Assembly (NCBI GenBank): GCA_036479115.1
Contig: JAZGFD010000085.1
Location: forward strand, 11,218-75,217
DNA: 64,000 bases
Source: Saprospiraceae bacterium
GTDB lineage: Bacteria; Bacteroidota; Bacteroidia; Chitinophagales; Saprospiraceae
Direction of reading: 5' to 3'
The notes beneath the pieces were generated by a model. That model was not told the DNA's origin. It worked only from the letters and a program-made list of their open reading frames with translations, and ran no database searches. Positions within the stretch are counted from its first letter, which is position 1. The number at the start of each line of letters is the position of its first letter. Below, piece after piece: positions 46,859 to 56,824 of this stretch. The position numbers and the translations under genes are program-made.

Positions 46859-47021
46859 GGGACTACTTCAGGTGGTATCAATTCTGGATAAAAAAAGCTC
46901 TTTTAGCACTATACTGCTGCTATTTGTATTTTAATACTGCTGCTATTAAGACATAAATGAGCCTTGTCTAGCAATAAAATAGCAATTTTTCATCTCAAAA
47001 GCACACCACCTGAGTAATTAC
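46859..47021 (+). mobile_element. Family-1 MITE-like element (subtype 1b, no 55-bp module) with perfect 8-bp duplication AAATAAAA
   Basis: Termini GGGACTACTTCAGGTGGTATCAATTCTGG and GCACACCACCTGAGTAATTAC. AAATAAAA occurs at 46851-58 and 47022-29. It fills the whole spacer between two gene ends. Confidence 0.8.
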
Positions 47022-47029
47022 AAATAAAA

Positions 47030-47680
47030 CTATGTTTCCATATTACTAAACAACCCATAAAGATTAGCATCCATCTGTTCGATAATTTTGGCTAAATCTT
47101 CTCTACTGGCTTTAAAATCTAAATCATCTACGGTGATGATTAATTTTGGCCCTTCTTTATAATTGTTGATCCAATTTTCATACCTCTCATTCAGTTTTTT
47201 CAAATAATCCAAACTCATATTGCCTTCATATTCTCTGCCTCTATTTTGGATATGAGCCACTAGAGTAGAGATGTTCGCTTTGAGATATATAAGTAAATCT
47301 GGCGGTGATACTTGAGAAGACATTGTTTTAAAAAGAGAGATGTAGTTGTTAAAATCCCTTTTATCCATCAGTCCCATTTCATATAAGTTAGGAGCAAAAA
47401 TATAGGCATCTTCATATATAGTCCTGTCTTGTACTACCGTGTTATCACCATTGTGGATTTCAAGTAATTGTTTGTATCTACTATTTAAAAAATAGATCTG
47501 AAGATTAAATGACCATCTCTTCATATCGTGATAAAAGTCATTTAGATAAGGGTTAGTTCTGGTCTCTTCGTACATCACATCCCATCCGTAATGTTTGGAT
47601 ACCAGAGTGGAAAGTGTCGTTTTTCCAACACCAATATTTCCAGTGATTGCCACATGTTTTATACCCGAGGCTTTGATCAT
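47030..47680 (-). CDS. Deoxynucleoside kinase
   Basis: P-loop ITGNIGVGKTT, DRTIYED, and an arginine-rich lid region. The start is taken at MIKASGIKH (47680). Confidence 0.85.
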   Translation of the reverse strand: MIKASGIKHVAITGNIGVGKTTLSTLVSKHYGWDVMYEETRTNPYLNDFYHDMKRWSFNLQIYFLNSRYKQLLEIHNGDNTVVQDRTIYEDAYIFAPNLYEMGLMDKRDFNNYISLFKTMSSQVSPPDLLIYLKANISTLVAHIQNRGREYEGNMSLDYLKKLNERYENWINNYKEGPKLIITVDDLDFKASREDLAKIIEQMDANLYGLFSNMET

Positions 47681-47829
47681 GACACAATAATATGAAAATG
47701 TGATGATAGAGTGACAGAAGATCAAATCAAATTAGCCTCAAAGCGGAGAAATATTAAATTGAATCATATATAATCTGCTCTAATGGTATATTCGCCGATA
47801 ATTTTATAGTTCACATCTAAAAGAATCTT

Positions 47830-48123
47830 ATGATCATCGATGATAAACTAATTTCAAAACTTGAAAAATTGTCTCGCCTTAAGTTAAGAGATGAAGAAAA
47901 GGCCAAGGTGAAAGAAGATTTGAATAATATGCTGAGCATGTTTGAAAAACTGAATGAGATTAATACAGAAAATGTTGAGCCTCTTAGGTATGTGCTGGAT
48001 GAACAGAAAAATACATTGAGAGATGATATTGTAGGTGAAGAATTATCAAATGAACAAGCTTTAAAAAACGCTAAAAAAGTGATAAAACCTTTTTTTATTG
48101 TTCCTAAATTTTTGAAAAAATAA
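47830..48123 (+). CDS. gatC: Asp-tRNA(Asn)/Glu-tRNA(Gln) amidotransferase subunit C
   Basis: 97 aa. The segment KLEKLSRLKLRDEEKAKVKEDLNNMLSMFEKLNEINTENVEP is typical of GatC. Confidence 0.85.
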   Translation: MIIDDKLISKLEKLSRLKLRDEEKAKVKEDLNNMLSMFEKLNEINTENVEPLRYVLDEQKNTLRDDIVGEELSNEQALKNAKKVIKPFFIVPKFLKK

Positions 48124-48132
48124 ATTTGCAAA

Positions 48133-48873
48133 ATGAATAAAGCCGTTATTTTCACTGACAATCTGAAAAAGACCTATGATATGGGAGAAATTCAAGTGCA
48201 TGCTTTAAAAGGAATTAATATTACTATTAATAAAAGTGAATATGTTGCACTAATGGGTTCTTCAGGATCTGGTAAGTCTACCCTCATGAACCTTCTGGGT
48301 TGTCTTGATACTCCTAGTGAAGGCAAATATTTTCTCAATGGAGAAGATGTTTCTTTATTAGATGATAATGAACTTGCTGAAATCAGAAATAAAGAAATAG
48401 GATTTGTATTTCAAACTTTTAACTTGTTACCGCGTCTTAGTGCATTAGATAATGTGGCATTGCCGCTTATTTACTCTGGAATGTCAAGGGGAAAAAGAGA
48501 AGAAAAGGCGGAGATTGCTTTGGAAAAAGTAGGACTCGCTGATAGAATGGATCACAAACCTAACGAATTGTCAGGAGGTCAACGGCAAAGAGTAGCAATA
48601 GCAAGAGGCTTGGTCAATAACCCAGCTCTTTTACTTGCTGATGAACCAACAGGAAACTTGGATACGAAAACATCCATGGAGATTATGGCTATTTTAGAAA
48701 AACTTCATGACGAAGGCCACACTATTGTAGTTGTAACGCATGAACCCGACATCGCTGCGCACTCGTCTCGTATAATAAGACTCAAAGATGGGCTCATGGA
48801 GTATGACAAAGTGAATGAAAATGTGATGAAGGCTTCTGACCCTTCTCATCATTATAATATGCATCTTTCGTAA
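48133..48873 (+). CDS. ABC transporter ATP-binding protein (MacB/LolD-type ATPase)
   Basis: Walker [10 protein letters not shown], signature [14 protein letters not shown], Walker [13 protein letters not shown]. Confidence 0.9.
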   Translation: MNKAVIFTDNLKKTYDMGEIQVHALKGINITINKSEYVALMGSSGSGKSTLMNLLGCLDTPSEGKYFLNGEDVSLLDDNELAEIRNKEIGFVFQTFNLLPRLSALDNVALPLIYSGMSRGKREEKAEIALEKVGLADRMDHKPNELSGGQRQRVAIARGLVNNPALLLADEPTGNLDTKTSMEIMAILEKLHDEGHTIVVVTHEPDIAAHSSRIIRLKDGLMEYDKVNENVMKASDPSHHYNMHLS

Positions 48874-49207
48874 GGTAAAACGTAAGTATAACCAAGAAGA
48901 AATCTTAATATTATTGATGAATTTCCGTTCAGCCACTAAATAGTCGAACTTGAATTCAGAAAAAAAAACGTTTATCCACAATAAATCATAGTTTTTACAC
49001 TTTTTCAGCATCTCCTTTTTCATCAAGAATTTCTCCTTTTAGGGAAGCAGGATTCTCAATAGATGGAGTGTAGAATTGACCTATTTGATGTTGAATATTT
49101 AGGCTCTTTTAAATTCAATTCTTTTCATTCAATTGAAATCTTAAATGTTATATTAAAACCTCAGCCTCCCTATTTGATTAAGAGAAAACATTTTCCACAT
49201 TTTCCAC

Positions 49208-50347
49208 CTATTTGTAAGCCGAGCCGGTATTTAATAACACGACAGATTCATGTGATTTAATCCAATCAGAAGCTCGAAGTTTTTTGTATGCTTCCCATAC
49301 AGCGGCACCTTCTGGAGCTAGAAATATACCTTCAGACATTGCAAATTCGGAAAGCCCATCTAACATTTCTTTTTCTGTGACATCTAGTGCACAACCATTA
49401 CTTTCTTTGAGAGTTTTAAGTATCAACTTATGGCCAAAAGCATGAGGCACCCTCAATCCATTGGCTATTGTTTCTTCTGGATTTTCGAAAGGGGCAGCGT
49501 CCATTTTACCTTTTTTCCAAGCTTCCACAATCGGGTTACAACCTGCTGTTTGTACTACTACCATTCTTGTATTTACAGAATGGAGCCATCCCATTTCTTT
49601 CATTTCTTGAAATGCCTTCCAAATACCGATCAAACCCGTACCTCCTCCTGTAGGATATATACAAACATCAGGTACCTTCCATCCCATTTGCTCTGCTATC
49701 TCATATCCCATTGTCTTTTTTCCTTCTAATCTGAAAGGCTCTTTGAGTGTGGTAATATCAAACCATGATCCATCATTTTTAGCCCTCATCATAGCCCCTG
49801 CATCTGATATAGAGCCCGGTACGGTGGTAACTTTTGCTCCCATCACATTACAATCCACTTTGAATACTTTAGGTGTTGCTTCGGGCATGAAAATATGAGC
49901 GTCAATATCAGCTTTAGCGCAGTAGGCACTAAGAGCTGACCCTGCATTTCCAGCTGTTGGGATGGATGTTGCTTTTATTCCTAATTCTTTTGCTTTAGAT
50001 ATAGCCATTGAAATCCCCCGCGCTTTGAAAGATCCTGACGGATTGAAACCTTCATCTTTGAGAAGTAAATGGTCAGAATTGTATTTTTTACCTAGTTTTA
50101 ACAATGGTATTAGTGGTGTGCCGCCTTCTCCCAATTGTAATTGATTACTATGGTCTTCTACTGGTAATAAGGCACTATAACGCCACATGTCAGTACGGTC
50201 ATTGAGGGTTTCTTTCGGGGTCGATTTACTCAAATCATATCTTGCTACCAAAGGCTGATTATCATCAGAACAAAAAGTCTGGATTTTGTTTTTATCATAT
50301 TTTTTGCCACATTCATGACATTCAAGATGGGTGTATCTATTTTTCAT
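49208..50347 (-). CDS. thrC: Threonine synthase (short form with N-terminal Zn-ribbon)
   Basis: N-terminus CHECGKKY...FC. PLP lysine motif GSFKARG. GNAG and YPTGGGTG loops. Confidence 0.8.
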   Translation of the reverse strand: MKNRYTHLECHECGKKYDKNKIQTFCSDDNQPLVARYDLSKSTPKETLNDRTDMWRYSALLPVEDHSNQLQLGEGGTPLIPLLKLGKKYNSDHLLLKDEGFNPSGSFKARGISMAISKAKELGIKATSIPTAGNAGSALSAYCAKADIDAHIFMPEATPKVFKVDCNVMGAKVTTVPGSISDAGAMMRAKNDGSWFDITTLKEPFRLEGKKTMGYEIAEQMGWKVPDVCIYPTGGGTGLIGIWKAFQEMKEMGWLHSVNTRMVVVQTAGCNPIVEAWKKGKMDAAPFENPEETIANGLRVPHAFGHKLILKTLKESNGCALDVTEKEMLDGLSEFAMSEGIFLAPEGAAVWEAYKKLRASDWIKSHESVVLLNTGSAYK

Positions 50348-50543
50348 TCCACAAAACTAATTTTTTTATGAATGGCCAATAATAAAAGAGCAATTTTTCT
50401 CTAATGAGTGACCGATGATAAACTGGGTGTCATTCTAAATGTAGAATAAAGCCATTGATGGTATGATATGTTGCAAAATACCACCTGACTTCTTTGCGAA
50501 AACGACAAATTGAAGTACACCCGATAAACTTAATAATTAAGCA

Positions 50544-50874
50544 TGAGTCCTACTCTGGAAACCTACATTATTCATAAAAAGAGTTGTTTTGGATGAAATT
50601 TGCATTTTTGGAGATTGGGTGATGCCTGAGTATCAGCGAGTTGAACAAATCGAAGATGTGGGGACACAATCGAGATTCACTAACCAATAAGGTAATTTAG
50701 TAAATCGAAGATGTGGCGACACAATCGAGATTCACTAACCAATAAGATAAGTTAGTAAATTGAAGATGCGGCGACGCAATCGAGATTCATCAATGCATTG
50801 CAATGAGTTGATAAAAATATAAAGTTCGCCAAAAGATTTTTTTTTGGAATTTGTAAGTTTTCGGAATAGACACA
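50544..50874 (-). mobile_element. Family-2 MITE-like element (reverse orientation) expanded by three tandem 55-bp modules
   Basis: Left terminus TGAGTCCTACTCTGGAAACC. Core in reverse complement: AATTTGCATTTTTGGAGATTGGGTGATGCCTGAGTATCAGCGAGTTGA. Three modules follow, then AAAGTTCGCCAAAAG...CGGAATAGACACA. The flanking tetramers AGCA and AGTA match 3/4. Confidence 0.75.
50647..50811 (+). repeat. Three tandem 55-bp modules
   Basis: AAATCGAAGATG starts at 50647 and 50702, and AAATTGAAGATG at 50757, an exact 55-bp period. Copies 1 and 2 are nearly identical. Copy 3 diverges in its 3' half. Confidence 0.85.
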
Positions 50875-51063
50875 AGTATATCTTCAGGATTAATTTAGCT
50901 TTATTGTATCTTAGGAATGGTAAAAAAATAACATACCGTTTTTAGCCTGATTTTTTACTTTCATTCAGCGTTTCTAAAATCCTCATTATGCTAAGGCATA
51001 ACTCCAGTTTTAGCGCCTTATCTAAAGTCAAAATCTCTAGCCTAAAATTCGAAACTTATTTAT

Positions 51064-51248
51064 TTACCATTCCTTAGGTGGAGCCAATTTTGAGTAAAAA
51101 AGTTCTTTCACTACTATATTTCAATTATTTTTTTTTATCATAGTTCTGCTATGTCTCAAAAAATGAGCTTTTTTTGACAAATAACTATCATTATTTTTAC
51201 CTGCTTGATTGTCAGGCAAACCTCAAAAGCACCCATCTGAGTGGTTTT
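51064..51248 (+). mobile_element. Family-1 MITE-like element with degenerate termini and a small internal hairpin insertion
   Basis: TACCATTCCTTAGGTGGAGCCAATTTTGAG...CTCAAAAAATGAGC...CCTGCTTGATTGTCAGGCAAACCTCAAAAGCACCCATCTGAGTGGTTTT. It creates a spurious 21-codon N-terminal extension on the next ORF. Confidence 0.65.
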
Positions 51249-51271
51249 TCTTCAATTTAAAATTTCATAAC

Positions 51272-52120
51272 ATGGAAACTTTTTTAACCTTTTTTGAGAA
51301 TTTGGAATCTTGGCAAAAGTTAGTTTGGATTCTTTTTGTCCTCAATTTAACGTTGATAATTGAGGCATTTGACCCCCTCATTAAATTTGATTATAAGAAA
51401 TGGAGACATGCTGGTGTTAATATAGTGTTTCTTGCCTTTACCATGATAATTAATACTCTTTTTGGCCTTGCTACAGTAGGCGTTTTTACCTGGACTGCAG
51501 AAAATTCCTTTGGCCTACTAAATATGATTAACCTTCCAATATGGGCAGAGTTACTACTAGCTGTCATGGCCTTAGATTTTATCGCTCAGTATATAGCACA
51601 TGTTATGCTACATAAAGTTGGTTTTATGTGGAGGTTTCATATGGTGCATCACAGTGATACTCATGTGGATGCGACCACAGGTACAAGACATCATCCAGGC
51701 GATTACTTGATAAGGGAAATGTTTTCCTTATTGGCGATTATAATAATGGGTATGCCATTGGCTTTTTATCTGTTTTATCGTATTTGCACTATATTTTTTA
51801 CTTATTTAACACATGGCAACATCAAGGTGCCAATTTGGCTAGATAAGACTCTAAACTTGATTTTTGTGACTCCTAATATGCATAAGTTTCATCATCATTT
51901 TGAAAGACCTTGGACCGATACAAATTTTGGAAATATCTTTTCTATCTGGGATCGATTGTTTGGAACTTTGGTTTATGATGACCCAAAAAAGGTAGTGTAT
52001 GGATTAGATGTTTTAGATGGCATGAAGGACGAAAACATTGGATATCAACTTGGCGTTCCATTTAATAAAGACATTAAAACTGACTATATGTTTTTCAAAC
52101 CTAGAAGTAAGAAAGATTAA
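51272..52120 (+). CDS. Fatty acid hydroxylase / sterol desaturase-family membrane protein
   Basis: Histidine boxes HVMLHK, FHMVHHSD and MHKFHHH, with several TM helices. The start is taken at METFLTFF (51272). Confidence 0.8.
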   Translation: METFLTFFENLESWQKLVWILFVLNLTLIIEAFDPLIKFDYKKWRHAGVNIVFLAFTMIINTLFGLATVGVFTWTAENSFGLLNMINLPIWAELLLAVMALDFIAQYIAHVMLHKVGFMWRFHMVHHSDTHVDATTGTRHHPGDYLIREMFSLLAIIIMGMPLAFYLFYRICTIFFTYLTHGNIKVPIWLDKTLNLIFVTPNMHKFHHHFERPWTDTNFGNIFSIWDRLFGTLVYDDPKKVVYGLDVLDGMKDENIGYQLGVPFNKDIKTDYMFFKPRSKKD

Positions 52121-52139
52121 AATTTAAAGCGTTTAAAGG

Positions 52140-52440
52140 TTTTTAGAGCTCTGTCAAGGATAAGTTGAGTGGCACATTTTGGCATTTTTCGAGTCTGCAC
52201 TTCGATAAAAATATTTGCAATAGCTTTGCTACAGAGCGTTTAGGTGCATTTTAAATTGTCGCTTTTCTTACTCATTCCCATGTGTAAGAGAACCTCGATT
52301 GTGTTGCCACATCTTCGCTTTGTCACAATTTTTGTTGACAAAAATTTCGCCAAAGCTAGCTGTATCTCAATATTTAGCTAACGTATTGTTACCTCTCTGA
52401 GGAAATTAACGTCAATCTGAAATGCACCCGATCGTTTTTA
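52140..52440. repeat. Mosaic of degenerate repeat fragments including one reverse-oriented 55-bp module core
   Basis: GAACCTCGATTGTGTTGCCACATCTTCGCTTT (about 52290-52321) is the module core in reverse complement. Family-2-like fragments are present (TTGAGTGGCAC, TTTTTCGAGTCTGCAC, TTTCGCCAAAG). There is a 9-bp inverted pair GGTGCATTT at 52243-51 and 52420-28. Confidence 0.4.
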
Positions 52441-52470
52441 TATCTCGTTCGGTCTAGATATTCACATAAT

Positions 52471-54141
52471 TTATATGACTCTCACCATTTCCATTAGCTC
52501 TTTAGCATTTGTAATGGCCGATGGAGTAGGAGGATTGCCACTTAGCATTTGTGCTATCTCGTTTATGCGTCCATCTCTGTCTAGTTTCTTCACTCTAGTG
52601 TATGACCTTTGAGCGCTGTCTTCTTTGTAGATAAAGAAGTGCTCGTCTCCATAAGCCGCCACTTGAGGGGAATGAGTGATGGCAATAATTTGGTATTTTT
52701 CAGAAAGATCTCCTATTAATGCACCCATAATGAGAGCCACTTGACCAGATACTCCAGAATCTACTTCATCAAATATCATTGTAGGGAGATTGGTTTTATC
52801 AGCAATTATAGATTTGATACACAATGCCAGTCGTGACATTTCTCCTCCCGAAGCTATACTCGTAATGGGGTTTAAAGGAATACCTTTATTTGCACTAAAG
52901 TGATACGCTATGTTGTCTTTGCCATTATCTTCATAATTGAGCAAAGGTTCTATAATTACTTCAAACCTTGCATTTGGCATAGAGAGTTTCTGCAAAATTA
53001 CTTCTATCGCTTTGCCAAATTCTGAGGATACATCTTTCCTTGATTTTGTTAGCTTATTGGCTGCATTTTCCAGATTTTCTTCATGCAATTTTAACTTTCT
53101 TTCTAGTGCAATAATATGTTCGTCAAGGTTATCGTTACGCTCTATTCTTACTCTTAAATTTTCTCTTATTTTAATTAATACGTTGATATCCGATTCTTTA
53201 TGTTTTTTTTGAAGTGAATAAATGAGATCTAATTTATCTTTTAGCTCTAAAATTTTATTTTCATCGTATTCAATCTCTTCGGCCAGTGATTCACTTTGAC
53301 GTTGAATATCGAGAAGTTCATCATTTACATCGTCCAAACGCTCTTTGATCGAGGCCATGGTAGGATTGATTTTCGAAAGTTGTAGCATGTCTTTAGAAAG
53401 ATCGGACAGTTGTTCTGAGATATTGGGGTCGCTATTGGTGATTACTTGTGAGAAGTTATTTAGTACATGTTTTATTTCTTCTGCATTATTTAGTGTTTGA
53501 TATTCGGATTCTGCATTTGACAAATTTAGCTCATCTAAGTCTGCCTGATCCAATTCATTAAGCTGAAAATTGAGATATTCTAATTCTTGTTCTGATTGTT
53601 TGCCTTTGTTTTTAAGTGCATTAAGTTCACTAAGAGTGGATTTGTAATCTTGAAAGTATTTTGCATAATTTGTTCTCACTTTTTCATTTCCTGCCATTGC
53701 ATCTACATAATCTCTTTGCTTATTGGCATCATTGATATCCATTGTGTCAAATTGTTGATGTAAGTCAATGAGAATTGCTCCTGTTTTTCTCAATGTATTT
53801 AATGTAACAGGTGTATCATTAATAAATGATCTTGATTTTCCTTTATTATTAATCTCTCTTCTGATCAATATCTGGTCATTTTCTATGTCAAAATCATCTT
53901 CATGATAGATTCGTCTTTTTACAGCTTCAGAAATAGTAAAGTCAGCTTCTACCACACATTTTCTGCTTTCATCATATAGCACTTTAGTATCAGCTCTTGC
54001 ACCTAGTACCATATTTAATGCGCCAAGTATGATGGATTTACCTGCACCCGTCTCCCCTGTAATAATATTGAGATTGATGTTGAAGTCAAATCGAACTTCT
54101 TCAATGATGGCATAATTTTTTATGGATAGACTTTTCAGCAT
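52471..54141 (-). CDS. recN: DNA repair protein RecN
   Basis: N-terminus MLKSLSIKNYAIIEE...ITGETGAGKSI, a long coiled-coil, and C-terminal ASGGEMSRLAL...MIFDEVDSGVSG. Confidence 0.92.
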   Translation of the reverse strand: MLKSLSIKNYAIIEEVRFDFNINLNIITGETGAGKSIILGALNMVLGARADTKVLYDESRKCVVEADFTISEAVKRRIYHEDDFDIENDQILIRREINNKGKSRSFINDTPVTLNTLRKTGAILIDLHQQFDTMDINDANKQRDYVDAMAGNEKVRTNYAKYFQDYKSTLSELNALKNKGKQSEQELEYLNFQLNELDQADLDELNLSNAESEYQTLNNAEEIKHVLNNFSQVITNSDPNISEQLSDLSKDMLQLSKINPTMASIKERLDDVNDELLDIQRQSESLAEEIEYDENKILELKDKLDLIYSLQKKHKESDINVLIKIRENLRVRIERNDNLDEHIIALERKLKLHEENLENAANKLTKSRKDVSSEFGKAIEVILQKLSMPNARFEVIIEPLLNYEDNGKDNIAYHFSANKGIPLNPITSIASGGEMSRLALCIKSIIADKTNLPTMIFDEVDSGVSGQVALIMGALIGDLSEKYQIIAITHSPQVAAYGDEHFFIYKEDSAQRSYTRVKKLDRDGRINEIAQMLSGNPPTPSAITNAKELMEMVRVI

Positions 54142-54153
54142 TTTTCTTTTCTG

Positions 54154-56094
54154 TTATCTTAGTAAGTCATTATAAGCAGCGACCCCTTTATATCCTCTTT
54201 GTTGCGCATTTCTGAGGTCAGCCTTTGCATTATTAATATTGCCAGAGTCGTAGAAGGCTTTTGACCTTTCGTAGTAATATATGCCTTTATTGGCATTGTA
54301 TTGTATGGCTTTGTTAAAATCTACAAGAGCCTCAACAGGCCTTCCTAATATACGCCTTAACCTGCCGGCCTCATACCACAAATCAGAGTTGTATGGATTA
54401 AATCCCAGATAAGTTTGAATGTCGGATAATGCATCATTAGGCCTGTTTACAAGCTGATAAATAATTGATCTGTTTAGATATGCTACAGCGTGGTTTGGGT
54501 TGGTTTTAATGGCATCAGAAAAATATCTTAGGGCGTTACTTCGATCCTCCATTTTGGCAAATATTGCACCTAAATTGGTCATGTATTCTGCGTTATCAGG
54601 TTCTATGCTTAATGCTTTTTTATAATCTTTAAGTGCATTGGGCCAATCTCTTCTCGCTGAAGAATTAAAGTACAATTTCCCTCTGCTATTATATGCAGCG
54701 GCTTTTTCTGGGACCAATTCTATTACTTGAGAATAGTCATTGAGGGCTTTTTGAGTCTGTCCGTTATCACGGTAATAATTTGCTCTATTCCCCCATGCCA
54801 CGGTGATATTTCTGTGATATTTTAATACATGAGTCCACAAAGTGTCGGAGTCTTTCCAAATTTTATTTTGTTGGAAAGAAAGAAAAGAATATCCTAATAT
54901 AACGACTACTCCCACTCCATAAAAGGCATTTCGATATTGACTATATTTATTTGAAAAATAATTAAAATAATAGGCTATAATAAAAAACAAACCTATAAAA
55001 GCAATGTAGGTAAATCTATCTGCTAAAAAGCCTTGTCCGGCTCCTAGTATTTGTAATAAAAAGAAGATATTGAAACTAAAAAATGCCAAACCGAAAACAA
55101 CAGCTTTGTTACCATTTATCCAAGCCTTATAAAACCCATAGAGATATAAAGGCACCAGAGCCATTGAGGCGTAGATGTACCAAGGCATCGTTTCAGGATA
55201 TGGATAAAGTGGCAATGTTTCATAAGGCACGAGGCTCTTAATGAGATACACCATATAAGAGTAACTGCCTACAAATAACCGCTGAAACAAGGAATAAGTA
55301 GAACTGGTTTCCAGTGACCCCTGTTGGCCCAAAACAAAAATCCCAATAATTCCCATGGCCAATGACATGGCGAAAAAAGGTATTTTTTCGATAATAAGGC
55401 TCCATCCAATTTTTCTATTTCTCCAATAGTCTATGGCTAACATGCTGAGAGGGAGAGTTACTGCTTGGATCTTAGAAAAAAGCGACAATGTGAATAAGAC
55501 AAATACCCAAATCAGGTATTTTCTCTCTTTTTTACTTCGGTGATATTTTACGTAATTGATTAAAGCTCCAAGGTAAAATGCTCCAAATAGTACGTCTTTT
55601 CTTTCTGTCACCCAAGCTACTGACTCTACCCTAAGAGGATGTACAGCAAAGAGCAAAGTAACTCCTAAAGCTACCACATGATTTACTTTTAAAAGTAGCA
55701 TTAACCGAAAAAGAAGCAAAGAACATATGATATGTAATAAGATATTATTCAAATGCCAGGGCATTGGATTTTCAAACCCGAAAAACAATTTTTCAAATGC
55801 AAAGGTGGCTATGGGAATAGGGTTGTAATTCCCTATTACTCCCGAAGTGAATATTTTGCCCAATTGAATGCCAATGTTCTCCGCTCTGACATCCATTATA
55901 TTCTTATTTTCTAAGAAGTTGCGATCATCATCCCAGTTAACAAATCCATTCTGAAGGCTGGGAGAAAATACAGCAAAAGTTAGAACAGAAATTAAGAAGA
56001 TGAATTTCCAGTTGGCAGTATCTCTCCAAAACCGAAATGTCAGTTTTGAGTTAATTCCTTTTTTTTTCTTTTTAGTCTTTTTTTCGATACTCAT
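54154..56094 (-). CDS. Membrane protein with N-terminal PMT_2/GT39-like polytopic domain and C-terminal TPR repeats
   Basis: There are ~10 TM helices in the first ~420 aa, then TPR units (AWGNRANYY, AYNSRGKLY, MTNLGAIF, AYLNRSIIY, WYEAGRL, YYERSKAF). The start is taken at MSIEKKTKKKKKG (56094). Confidence 0.75.
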   Translation of the reverse strand: MSIEKKTKKKKKGINSKLTFRFWRDTANWKFIFLISVLTFAVFSPSLQNGFVNWDDDRNFLENKNIMDVRAENIGIQLGKIFTSGVIGNYNPIPIATFAFEKLFFGFENPMPWHLNNILLHIICSLLLFRLMLLLKVNHVVALGVTLLFAVHPLRVESVAWVTERKDVLFGAFYLGALINYVKYHRSKKERKYLIWVFVLFTLSLFSKIQAVTLPLSMLAIDYWRNRKIGWSLIIEKIPFFAMSLAMGIIGIFVLGQQGSLETSSTYSLFQRLFVGSYSYMVYLIKSLVPYETLPLYPYPETMPWYIYASMALVPLYLYGFYKAWINGNKAVVFGLAFFSFNIFFLLQILGAGQGFLADRFTYIAFIGLFFIIAYYFNYFSNKYSQYRNAFYGVGVVVILGYSFLSFQQNKIWKDSDTLWTHVLKYHRNITVAWGNRANYYRDNGQTQKALNDYSQVIELVPEKAAAYNSRGKLYFNSSARRDWPNALKDYKKALSIEPDNAEYMTNLGAIFAKMEDRSNALRYFSDAIKTNPNHAVAYLNRSIIYQLVNRPNDALSDIQTYLGFNPYNSDLWYEAGRLRRILGRPVEALVDFNKAIQYNANKGIYYYERSKAFYDSGNINNAKADLRNAQQRGYKGVAAYNDLLR

Positions 56095-56131
56095 AATGTG
56101 AGGTATATCATACAAATTTATCCAATTCTTA

Positions 56132-56824
56132 TTAGAAATTATTAAGATATGTCTGAACTTCCTTAGCCATTGCTTTTTCTGTGGGTTCAGAAGCCATTTT
56201 GTTGTTGGTTTTTCCAATTTTTTTTAAACCTTGAAGCGTGGTTGGCCCAATGGCAATGTTAAAATGTTCTCGACTAGAAAATTTTTTATAATAAGTACTT
56301 ACTGCCATAGGGCTTGTAAATACGGCTATGTCTGGAATCGGTACATTGAAATCAGTCTTGGGGACATTATTATATACGATTATTTCTTTATTACATTTAT
56401 TTTTTAGAAGAATTTGAATACTGCGAATGGAATTTTTACCCACTATATACAAACAAGTAGAATCCCCAATTATAGCTTTGAATTTTTTGGCAACGTTTTG
56501 TCTTTCACCAGTGCCAATAAAGTTAACTGTAATGGCGTATTTATCACTGAGGTATTTTGCCGTGGCAGCCCCAAAGGTTGCTACTTTTCTGGCTTTAATT
56601 TCCCCATTTTGTTCTAAAAAATATTTGACAGCAGTCTTAGAATAAAAGAAAATCCAATCAGCTTTTAAGTCGTTATAAGGAAGAGGAGAAAACTTTATCA
56701 AAGACATATTATAAATCTCTATGGCATTAGAAGTTAACATGTTTTTAAAAACACTAGTTTCTTCTAAATACCTGGATATGAATATTTTATACTTCTTCAC
56801 TAAAAAAAATATCTTCGAATGCAC
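56132..56824 (-). CDS. hemD: Uroporphyrinogen-III synthase
   Basis: 230 aa. It lies downstream of hemC in the same orientation. The two-lobed HEM4-like pattern is present (KIFISR...IYNMSLIKFSP...WIFFYSKTAVKYF...VATFGAATAKYL...IAVFTSPMAV...AIGPTT). Confidence 0.65.
   Translation of the reverse strand: MHSKIFFLVKKYKIFISRYLEETSVFKNMLTSNAIEIYNMSLIKFSPLPYNDLKADWIFFYSKTAVKYFLEQNGEIKARKVATFGAATAKYLSDKYAITVNFIGTGERQNVAKKFKAIIGDSTCLYIVGKNSIRSIQILLKNKCNKEIIVYNNVPKTDFNVPIPDIAVFTSPMAVSTYYKKFSSREHFNIAIGPTTLQGLKKIGKTNNKMASEPTEKAMAKEVQTYLNNF

Noticed and set aside
47817-48161. 114-aa minus-strand ORF
   Set aside because: It is antisense to a clear gatC gene and has a low-complexity Ser/Phe/Leu composition.
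48694-49026. 110-aa minus-strand ORF overlapping the 3' end of the ABC ATPase gene
   Set aside because: It overlaps a well-supported gene, has no recognisable motifs and has AT-driven composition. Part of it lies over a family-2-like fragment.
50647-50811. CRISPR array (also considered for 43454-43563)
   Set aside because: The whole 55-bp unit repeats head-to-tail with no unique spacers between conserved repeats. There are only 2-3 units, they sit inside MITE copies, and no cas genes are present.
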